A stretch of DNA of 63,945 nucleotides, filler included, from Octopus bimaculoides (taxonomy: Eukaryota), in NCBI RefSeq assembly GCF_001194135.2. It is 7 parts of 7 records of this genome, joined end to end, with 100 filler letters (N's around TTAATTAATTAA, not from the genome) between each part and the next. Parts side by side here need not be neighbours in the genome. Positions count along the whole stretch, not along the records: positions 11,118 to 25,667 come from NC_068983.1; positions 25,768 to 36,941 come from NC_068989.1; 5 more parts are not named here. One strand, given 5' to 3'. The translations under genes were made by a program, and so were the position numbers. How positions within the stretch are numbered: the first letter of the stretch is position 1; each line of letters begins with the position of its first letter. The notes under the pieces are model-generated. The model had not been told where the DNA came from. It saw only the letters and a program-made list of their open reading frames with translations, and ran no database searches. Shown here piece by piece: positions 23,571 to 34,400 of the stretch.

Positions 23571-25139
23571 ATGTAAAGGATAACCTGACAGCGAGAAAAA
23601 AAAAAAAAGCGGTCTGTGCCCTGTCGTCGCAATATAACAATATTTAACATTGATGGGTCCGATCCTCAGGTTCAGTTGGAACCTAACTCTAAGCAGAGAC
23701 AGAACAATAAAAATTGGGAAATGATTCGTTAGTTTACACTGTTTAGCTCAACTCCTTCTTTAGGTACAACTTAGAAGAAAGCTTAGCCTTCTTCGAGCTG
23801 GTTTTCCGATCACACATAACATAGAACCTATTCCGATTAATATATGCAAAATTTCCTTTTGAACAAAACAAAGCCCCAATTCGTAAGCTAAAGGCAAAAT
23901 GGCTGCTAATTTTGGTGGCCGACACGTTGAATAAAACAATACTCTCGTCACGAGTTCTATTAACTCTCATTGTATTTATTTTAATAGGCGGTCTATAGGC
24001 AAATTAAAAGACGTTGTTGCCAAGGAAGGGTCACCTGTGGGTCCTACTATATATTCAAAAACGCAGTCTTCGACCAGCTGAAAGTGCTAATACTGTACCT
24101 TTTCGTATTTCTTCTATTACGCAGTGGATGCTGTATAACACTGGATACATCTCCTCCTCCTCTCCTCCTCCTCCTCTTCTTCTTCTTCTTCTTCTTCCTC
24201 CTCCTCCTGCTCCTCCTTCTTTTCTCCTTCTTTTCCTTTTCCCTTAGTCTAATCTTTATCATAATTGAGATCATATTTTTCATATTTAATCGGTTTTATT
24301 CAAATTCCCTCCTCCCCCTTCTTTTCTCACTGTCTATTCAACAATCGATCTATTTCCCAACTTGTCAGTCAATCGATCTATCTATCTATCTCTTTATCGA
24401 TCATTCGATCGATCAATCAATATACGTTTATCGATCAATTATTCTATTTATCTCTGTGTTTGCGTGTGTACGTCCATAGTGTATATGTGCGTGCATGGCG
24501 TGTGCGCTCGCGCGCTTGTATATGTGTGTGTGTGTTTGTATATGCGTGTGTGTGTTTGTATCTGTGTATATGTGTGTGTTTGTGTGTACATGTGTGCGTG
24601 TTTGTAACAGTGTATATCTGTGCGTGTGTTTGTATATGTGTGTGTCTGTGTACATGTGTGCGAGTTTGTAACTGTATATATGTGTGCGTGTGTTATATGT
24701 GTGTGCGTGTTTGTGTGTGTGTGTGTGCGCGCGTGTGTGTGCATGTGTATGTGTCTCCGTGCGCGCGCGCGTGTGCGTGCCTGACGCCATCATTGGCATC
24801 TCCTACAGAGATCGCTACTAAACATTTCTTTTAGTATCGAAACCACAAGTCTACAACTATAGCGAATCGTGACGTCATATCACCTGACTAATGCTAAGCA
24901 ACTGTGATTGAGGCGTGTTTCAGTAGTTATCGATTTGTAGGCTGTAAATAGTATTATGGTCTATCGCCGAATTGGCAGTAGTTTTTTTTTTTATCTCCCA
25001 AACCCATCGTCCGCACGCAAACTCTTTAATTCCATTTCTCTCCTTTCCTTTTCCCACTTGCTTCCATTTAATCGCTTTCACTCCCTCCTTCTCTCTTCCC
25101 CCTCTCTCCGTCCCTTTCTCTATCTACCTACCTACCTAC

Positions 25140-25216
<77 letters not shown>

Positions 25217-25520
25217 GTTATTTATTTATCAGTCTATGTGCTACTTTATTATTCTATCTGCACTCATACACAAACGTACACACATACACACACACCACAC
25301 ACATACACACACACACAAACACACACACACGCACACATATATATATATATATAACAATATAGCTATATCTTTATATATAATTATATACATATTTTGTTTC
25401 ATCCTTCAGTTGTTTAACTATGTATGTGTGTATGTTTACACGTACGTAACATGCATGCATGATGTCTGCATATGTCTACAAATATGTTTAAAATGTATAT
25501 ATTTATTATATATGTATATA

Positions 25521-25635
25521 TTCTTTTGGCTGTGGCCATGCTGGATCACTGCTAGCTTACGGGGACGTAAATACACCAACATCAGAACCATGTGGTTGAG
25601 AATCAAGCTTCTTACCACACAACTACCCCTGCGCC

Positions 25636-25636
<1 letters not shown>
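25521..25636 (-). mobile_element. SINE family A, multiply deleted copy
   Basis: Head (CTTCTTACCACACA...CCTGCGCC), middle (CTTACGGGGACGTAAA) and tail (GGCCATGCTGGA) are juxtaposed. Confidence 0.7.
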
Positions 25637-25667
<31 letters not shown>

Positions 25668-27096
25668 NNNNNNNNNNNNNNNNNNNNNNNNNNNNNNNNN
25701 NNNNNNNNNNNTTAATTAATTAANNNNNNNNNNNNNNNNNNNNNNNNNNNNNNNNNNNNNNNNNNNNGTTGAGCGCGTGTGTAAGAATGGCGTTCCAGGT
25801 AGAAGGGATGAAATATAAAACTTGCTATAAACAACAGCCAAATCTCCCTTAAATCACACAAAGTAAACGGAATTTAAAAAATCTAATTACTGCACTGGAA
25901 AGTTCACATCGAGAAACTTCCATTGATGTAAAAAAATTTACGAAAAAGTGGAAAATGTGGATTTCTATAAACATTCAAAAAGGCTTCACACAGACACACA
26001 ATTTCAGATTTATATATTAAGATATATATATATATATATATATATGGGTTTAGTTCACAGGTCGCAGGTGATCTAAACGATTAGGTACGCTAGGTAAGTG
26101 CTGTAACGGATTACTAGGGCTCCTAGGTTATAGCTGAGACGGTGGTTATGGAGCCATTGCAGATTTCCGTTGCAGCAAATATATAATTATTAAAGAGGAC
26201 AACAAACATTAAGGCAAGTAAAACATCTCAAGTCGTGTACAATAATAATATTGTATACGACTTAAGATATTTTCCTAGTCATAATAATGTTATATACATA
26301 TATGTGTGTGTGTGTGTGTGTGTATTCATATATATGTAAGCATATATGGATATATGCATCTTTATTTTTTATTTATCTATATACATACATGTATATAATA
26401 ATATAGATTTAATCAAATGATTAAATGTGGTACTTAAAATGTTTNNNNNNNNNNNNNNNNNNNNNNNNNNNNNNNNNNNNNNNNNNNNNNNNNNNNNNNN
26501 NNNNNNNNNNNNNNNNNNNNNNNNNNNNNNNNNNNNNNNNNNNNTGTGTGTGTGTGTGTGTGTGTGTGTGCGTGCGTGTGTGTGTGTGTGTGAGGCGTTG
26601 TGGATATTTGTTCCAGTTTTTTGCTGATTTCAAACCTTGCTGACGTCAGCTTTTCCTTTTATACTTTACAAAACAACATATTTCTATTCAGTGTCTGAAA
26701 TACAATGCTTTATGTGATATTTTCTCTTATCATCACTATTTATAGACGTTCAATAGGTAATAGCTAAGTGTCGATTTCATAAAAGTTTTACTAAAACTTG
26801 GTATGTGCATACGGGCGGTCATGCAAGAATACATGCATAAACACACTCGCCTGCGCGCAAACACACATATATACATATATGCATATACACACATGCATAC
26901 ATACATGCCTGCATGCATGCATGCATACATACATACATACATACATACATACATACATACATACATACCATACGTTCTTTAATATCACGCTAGCGGCGTT
27001 GCTGTGGATTAAGTCGCATAATTGGTGAGTCGCGAAATCCTCCAATCGTGATATTTCACTGTTCCTTGGTGGTAATTTCTCGCTTGCAAATATATG

Positions 27097-28048
27097 TGGT
27101 AGCAGGTCTGTTCCATATGGAAAAAAACAATGGATACATCAAGGGATCACGAGATCGATGTAACTCTGAAATTCTCAATCCACCTTTTTTCAACTGAAGA
27201 ACAATATCCCTATTTCCGTAGGCTCATTTGATATTAAAATTGCAACTTCAGCCCCTGTTGGTGCATTAAAACGCCGAGCATGTTCTCCCTTGAAGCGCTT
27301 ATTTTTCCGAAGTTGATGGTAAATTTGACCTTGGATTCTTAAAGATAGATTCTAACCTTTGGACAGATGCATCTTTGTGACCAAAGATGGTTATAGCAAA
27401 CAGAGAGTTGTACTCCCTGAGCCATGACAAAAAGTGTTCGCTGAATTGACTTTCCCCAGTGAACAGTTCTTGAAATAACTGAGGCAGAGGTGGAAATGGA
27501 TCCAGTGTAATCATTCTATTTCCACAACACATTCCTGGTGATTCTCCAGTAAATTTCTTAGCGCCACACTGACAGAGTTTGGTCATTTCTCCAATTGCAG
27601 CCTTGTTACATGGGTCATTTTTGTCATACAGTAGCGCAGAACGTTTAGCATTTTGAATCTCGCGTTCTCTTAATTTTTATACCTGTTGTCTCTCTTCTTC
27701 AGACTCATTTCATCTTGCAGTCACATGGCGAAATCTACCAGCAATCAAACGCTGGTCTCTCTCTTCTTCAGACTCATTTCTTCTTGCAACCATATGGCGA
27801 AATATATCTTGCTCCTGTCTTTCTTGATGCTTACCGAAGGTTTCATTTTGCCGAGACTTTGTTTGCCTATGTCTTTGTCTAGAAAGTCGTTCGTCCCTTG
27901 CACCAAAGCTTTCAGATTGGCGAGACTCTCTTTGACTTTGCCTAGAAAGTCGTTCTTCCTTTGCATCACAGCTTTCAGATTGACGACGAAGTTTCACCCT
28001 TTATGCATGTGGAATATTTGATTAAGTGGACTTCCCTTTCCGTGGCAT
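27097..28048 (-). mobile_element. Helitron Rep/Hel 5' pseudogene fragment (STPR-like repeats, Cys-rich motif, start of Rep)
   Basis: MPRKGKS...ESCDAKEERLSRQ..ESEEERDQRL repeats; IGEMTKLCQCGAKKFTGESPGMCCGN...HFL..LREYNSLF; IQGQIYH; EHARRFNAPTGAEVA; RDIVLQ..GGLRISELHRSRDPLMYPLFFPYG. Contains stops, frameshifts and an internal deletion. Confidence 0.9.
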
Positions 28049-29099
28049 AATGGGTGTCTGAAGAAAAATTAATACAAAGAAAATGTTAAAAAAGAAGAGG
28101 CGTTCACTAATAACTTTTCGCCATAACTTTAGTGATGTTTTGTCATAGATAAAATATGTAAATTTGTACAATTTTTCTATAAAAGAGAAGTAATTTTGTT
28201 GTTTTACGTTAAATAATGGAAAAACCCCGTGATAATAGAGATTCAAATACTAAAGTTATGCGCTTCCAAAATTTGCAATACAAGGGGGTGTAGCCCCCAT
28301 TAGGATTTCTTAATATTATTGATATTTGCTAATATTTTGGAAATAGGCATAATTTCTGTTCATTTACCTATGGTTTAAATTTCATTTAAATCAATGGCAA
28401 AAAATGTTTTCAGTGGGAAGCTCATAACCCACGGGGACCCCTTTAATCAAAATGAAAAATACTCATCCANNNNNNNNNNNNNNNNNNNNNNNNNNNNNNN
28501 NNNNNNNNNNNNNNNNNNNNNNNNNNNNNNNNNNNNNNNNNNNNNNNNNNNNNNNNNNNNNNNNNNNNNNNNNNNNNNNNNNNNNNNNNNNNNNNNNNNN
28601 NNNNNNNNNNNNNNNNNNNNNNNNNNNNNNNNNNNNNNNNNNNNNNNNNNNNNNNNNNNNNNNNNNNNNNNNNNNNNNNNNNNNNNNNNNNNNNNNNNNN
28701 NNNNNNNNNNNNNNNNNNNNNNNNNNNNNNNNNNNNNNNNNNNNNNNNNNNNNNNNNNNNNNNNNNNNNNNNNNNNNNNNNNNNNNNNNNNNNNNNNNNN
28801 NNNNNNNNNNNNNNNNNNNNNNNNNNNNNNNNNNNNNNNNNNNNNNNNNNNNNNNNNNNNNNNNNNNNNNNNNNNNNNNNNNNNNNNNNNNNNNNNNNNN
28901 NNNNNNNNNNNNNNNNNNNNNNNNNNNNNNNNNNATATATATTCCATAATATATATAACATACATACATACATGCATGTGCAAATGAGAGAGCAACGTCA
29001 CGCACAGCGTACTATTCAGGTCACCAACAATACCACAGACGATTATGTCAAAAAATATAACCTGTGCATTGTACATTGCGCTTTCTGTGGATTTCAAAT

Positions 29100-30340
29100 A
29101 AGTCATTGTTGCAGGTAAGCAACTACAACAACATCGTTATTCATTCAGTGCATTAATTTGCTTTGTGATCGTTTTGATAACGTGTTACTAGGAGTATGGG
29201 GGAAAAGAGACGTTGTCCTAAAACTTCGTGACTTCATCAAGAGGGTAAGTGAGACTGAGATCATATGATATCTACTCAGTTTTCGCTTATCTATGTACAT
29301 ACAAAAATGGGTTTCACTCTGAAATTTCGTACAGTCAGAGCGTAAATGATTTTCGTCGTGCACAGATTTTTAATCAGACTATTTATACTTCCTGTTTTGT
29401 AATAATACTTCAGCCACTTGCAACGATGTCATGATTCATTTTATTATTATGCAATTACCATGTACATCAACATGAATGGATAAATAAATTAATATATAAA
29501 AATACGTTTTTGACTCATACAGTCATCAACAAAAAAGTCGACAGAAGAATTAAGCATACTTGCAAACATTTTTAATGATATATGTGTGAATGATCTCAAG
29601 ATCATTCACACGTGAGAATTTCTGGATGTCAAGTATTTTTGTAATTTCCATCAAGTAATCCTGCTTGGAAAGAAGTGAGTAAAGAGTTTTCCCCGGGACA
29701 GTGTACGGCGTTCTGACAGGAATTATTGGTTAGAGTTCTCCACAAACACCTCATCAAAGTAATACCTCTCGTAGCGAGGAAGAATATCTCTGATACTGAT
29801 ATATAACCACCGAATGGCAGAAAAGAGGCTTTCCTCATGTAAATAATCTAATATAGCCAAAAGCAAAAATGCAACACAATCAAATACACTCAGTTATACC
29901 AATAGAGCTCTCAGGCTTTATAAGTGACCAACTCCATGTTTGATACTATCAAAAAGAGCAATGGTTCATGATACATGTGGATTCCTAAATGTCTAGACTC
30001 CTTGCACGAATGATAAGAAATATTTAGATAGATACCCAGGAAAACTGATAGAAAATAAACTGAAACTAGTGAAGATGCAAACCCAATGTACAAAAGGAGT
30101 TAGTCGGAAGATGAAGGACTTCTAACCAAGATAACAACTGAGAAACGGCGGGAAAGTTCAGATTGACAACAATTGGGTCATACTTTACCGATCACTGTTG
30201 CTAAACGACTTTGACTTACGCATGAATGTCGAGCTCTCTCACCTATTCTATGCATTTAAATATGTGTAACATGTGCTACAAAGGATCTGTCACCGCTGTG
30301 TATGTTCTCCAAAAACAAAACACAAACAATGAAAGTAACC
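29100..30340 (+). mobile_element. Second Helitron Rep pseudogene fragment (HUH region)
   Basis: GKRDVVLKLRD...RVSE; NPAWKEV...PGQ; EWQKRGFPHV (29812, Rep motif 2); MVHDTCG (29961); IDNNWV (30162); MNVE...FKYV...YKGS. Heavily disrupted. Confidence 0.85.
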
Positions 30341-30537
30341 NNNNNNNNNNNNNNNNNNNNNNNNNNNNNNNNNNNNNNNNNNNNNNNNNNNNNNNNNNNN
30401 NNNNNNNNNNNNNNNNNNNNNNNNNNNNNNNNNNNNNNNNNNNNNNNNNNNNNNNNNNNNNNNNNNNNNNNNNNNNNNNNNNNNNNNNNNNNNNNNNNNN
30501 NNNNNNNNATATATATATATATATATATACATACATA

Positions 30538-31734
30538 CAAGGTGCGTAAGGTTTTGAAGACATACCTTTTTTGGGGTCAATGCTGCATTTTTTGCTAACT
30601 CTGTATATCTTTGTTTCAGAAAATGATAATGGCAGACCCTCGGGTTACTCAAGAAATGAAGAGGCATGCTGTCATTGTGGTTATAAAGGCTGAGCATAGA
30701 TATATAGAAGTATCTCGATTTTTAAAAGTTGCCAGATCTTTCATCTACAAAGTTTGTAAGTAGCTAGAGACTGAAGATGGAAATGTATTACTAGTACCAA
30801 GGCATAAAAAGCTTTCTAAACGCTCTGAAATCATCAGAACCCCTGAATTTATCCAGCAAGTTCAACAGACCATTGATTACAATCCCAGAAAGTCTATGAG
30901 GCCAATTGCAAAAGATCTCCATGTGTCAGAAGGAACAGTCAGAAATGTTGTCCACGAAGATATTAGATATAAGTTTTATATGATGAGGAAAGGATAATTT
31001 GTCAGAAAAAGCAAAAGAAAGTCACTACATCGGATCTAAAAAGCTCTTAATCAAACTGAATAATCCAGAAGAAGAAGATTTGATTTAGTTTTTCTCAAAC
31101 GAGAAAAACTTCGACCAAAATCAAAAAGTTAACATAAGAAATGACAGATGGGTATATGCAGACCCTTCTGAAGTTCCAAGTGTTATGCACACAAAATTCC
31201 CTGTAACTGTCATGGTTTTAGGGGTTGTCTACATTGAGGTCCTGGAAATAATTGATAAGCCCTGGATAGACAATGTATGCAATGGAAGGACATATGTGTT
31301 TCAGTAAAACTCTGCAGTATCACACATGGCTCCAGTAACACAGGAATGGATGGCTGAAATTTTTCATGATCACATAACCCCTAACATTTGGCCTCCTAAT
31401 TTTCCAGATCTCAATCCATTGGATTATTACATGTGGAGCGTTGTCGAGAGAGAGGGTTAATGAACATGCCCGTAACACCAAAGATTCTTTGAAAGCTGCC
31501 ATAGTCAGAGTAATGTCCGAAATGGACCAGAACCACTTGATTCGAGCATGTAGATGATTTAGATCTCATATAGAAGCAGTTATTGAAGTTGAGGGTAGCT
31601 TTATTAAATTATAGAAAAGAAGGTTTATTTTTATCCTCATAGCATTTTGTGATAAATAAAGTTATCTGTTATTATATAGCTGTTTTTTTTTTATAAGCAT
31701 AAATTTGTCCTCAAATATCTTACGCACCCTCCTG
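30538..31734 (+). mobile_element. Decayed Tc1/mariner of the DD37D (maT) group with TIRs and TA TSD
   Basis: TA|CAAGGTGCGTAAG...CTTACGCACCCTCCTG|TA. Transposase from 30629 to 31614 with stops: FFSNEK, FQ*NSA, WPPNFPDLNPLDY. I count 37 residues between the second catalytic position and the final D; the first two catalytic D are mutated to N; internal deletion. Confidence 0.9.
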
Positions 31735-32172
31735 TATGTGTACATATATATATATATANNNNNNNNNNNNNNNNNNNNNNNNNNNNNNNNNNNNNNNNNN
31801 NNNNNNNNNNNNNNNNNNNNNNNNNNNNNNNNNNNNNNNNNNNNNNNNNNNNNNNNNNNNNNNNNNNNNNNNNNNNNNNNNNNNNNNNNNNNNNNNNNNN
31901 NNNNNNNNNNNNNNNNNNNNNNNNNNNNNNNNNNNNNNNNNNNNNNNNNNNNNNNNNNNNNNNNNNNNNNNNNNNNNNNNNNNNNNNNNNNNNNNNNNNN
32001 NNNNNNNNNNNNNNNNNNNNNNNNNNNNNNNNNNNNNNNNNNNNNNNNNNNNNNNNNNNNNNNNNNNNNNNNNNNNNNNNNNNNNNNNNNNNNNNNNNNN
32101 NNNNNNNNNNNNNNNNNNNNNNNNNNNNNNNNNNNNNNNNNNNNNNNNNNNATATACACATATATATTTATA

Positions 32173-32715
32173 CTAGCTTAAAAGCCACACACCGTGCAGA
32201 CTTTTAAGCTAGTTCCTGCGGAGAGTTAATTGGGACTGCGGCCTAAAACTAAAGAGAGAAATGATAATAAAGCATTTATTGGTATCCTACCACCTCAGAT
32301 TTACATCACAAAGTATCACATTTGGAGAATTTTGCATCATTGGGACATTTGGAAATCAATGTAAAGCAGCGGAATAAACAATATCCTTAATTTTACCATT
32401 TGATGTGCGCATCAAGAGATTGCTGCCATTTCCAGCTCTGGAACAACCAACATAAACCTGACCATGGAAAAGGCACTGCTGCATGAGGTGAAGTTTAACA
32501 ATTTTGAGTGATTACTGGAAAGTGATGACTCTTGAATTTAAAGGGCACGTCTGCTGGAATCAGTGGATCTCTAGAAATAAACACATTTTTCTCCCTTTCC
32601 TTGTCCAATGAGGACTGTTGTTTCCAAAAGATATGAATGCATTTGTCTGATAATTAGTCTTGTTCTATTGCACAGCTTTGGGAGAACCAGATTTCTCAAA
32701 AGCATAGATAATCAA
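32173..32715 (-). mobile_element. Helitron helicase C-terminus and 3' end
   Basis: MLLRNLVLPKLCNRTRL...GQGKGE.VFISRDPLIPADVPFKFK..FPV...FHGQVYVGCSRAGNGSNL...GKIKDIVYSAALH* (stop at 32356-32358). The 3' terminus is CTAG followed by T, preceded by a hairpin. Confidence 0.88.
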
Positions 32716-34348
32716 TAGATTGTTTGTGGGTTTACTTTACTTGCTGTTGAATTGGTCTTCATAGGGTTTTAAATTTAAATTTTTTTAAAATATATTACTA
32801 ATGTTAGTTTATTGTATGTGCGCAGTACATTTTATGTTGTTTAGCGAAGTTTTTGATATAGTTAGTATGTATTCGATATCTTTAATACACTTCTCGGGTG
32901 ATGATTTGTGTATTTTCAATAGATATTGTGTTTGATATATTTATTACAGTGAATTTCTTTCAATATTGCTCCATTGCTTGATCTATTAGTCTTTTTCTTT
33001 TTTAAATAACCTGATGTTGAGTCGTAATTGTTAAATTCTATGTATTTCTTCTTAGGTTAGACACAAACTCGAGCACACCTATACACAAGCACACCACCGT
33101 CGCCGCCAATAGCAGCAGCAGCACCGCCGCCACCACCACCACCACCGNNNNNNNNNNCGCCAATAGCAGCAGCAGCACCGCCGCCACCACCACCACCACC
33201 GCCGACACCACCACCGCCACCATTTCCACTGTCACCACTAAGAATTGATGCATCACCCACATTATACAACGGCTCTCACATTTCACTAAAACGAGCGAAT
33301 GAGGGAACCCCTATAAAGTCCATCGATCTGCTAGAAGTAGCAACGAAAATATCTCAAATCACACCCTACCGCCTTTTGAGAGGAAGGACATATTGGATAA
33401 GGTCATCTTAAAATGCATATAAAAAAGAACGAGACGGTCAAGGATGGAACGTCTTTGATCAGGGTCAGTTGGAGGAAAGCAAAGCAGCAGCAACAACAAC
33501 AACAACAACAACAATAACAATTTGCTGAGATAACGACATAAGGTTTTTATATTAGAAAAAAAAATATACTAAACTGAGATATTATAACATTCATGTTTAA
33601 AAAAGCTTCGACCAAGAATCGAAAGCATAACTTAATACTTTTAATAACTTACACGCATCTACATATGCCAAAGTTCACATAACTTATAAAACTATAGATC
33701 AGATTTTCTCTCACTAGTTTGCGATATTTCTTTTCTTCTATTACTATAATTTTTGTTGTTTGCCTTTTATAGAATCATTTCCCAGATTTTGTTACGTAGT
33801 TATACATAGAAATAGAGTTAACCTTTGCGACTGTCGCATCCATTACCATCACAACAATTACCAGCACCGTCTCTATCGTTTATACTCATTAACTATTCAC
33901 ATTTGTCACCATTTCGTTGCTGTTTCTAAATTTTCATCAAAAGTCTACCGTCATCCGTACTCGTATGTGAAAGCAGTCAACATTTATTATTTTACTAGAC
34001 TACTCGTGACCCGTTGGGTCATCGGGAAAGTCTGGGTTTCCCAGTAACAGAGTTTTGTTTCGTGGGTGTTTTTTTTTCTTTTCCAGGTTATTTCCCGTGC
34101 TTTCAACGAATGTGGGATCTTTTTTAAAACGGGGGCCACATTTTTCATTAACAAAACACTTTGAAACTTGGAACACTGGTAGAATGTGTCATATAAAACA
34201 TCTTTTTCTCTTAGTCTTCTTAAAAAAAAAATCCATAAGTTATTCCATGTTAAAGTTGTCGTATTTTTGTAATTTCAACCAATCACTGACGTCCATTCAG
34301 CCGATATACATTAAGTGCCGACTACATAAACAAACGATTCTGAAACAA

Positions 34349-34400
34349 TTAACCCTAACCCTAACCCTAACTCTAGGGTTAGGGTTAGGGTTAGGGTTAA
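34349..34400. repeat. Palindrome TTAA(CCCTAA)3CTCTAGGG(TTAGGG)3TTAA
   Basis: 52-bp zero-loop palindrome of telomere-type hexamers with one mismatch. Confidence 0.95.
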
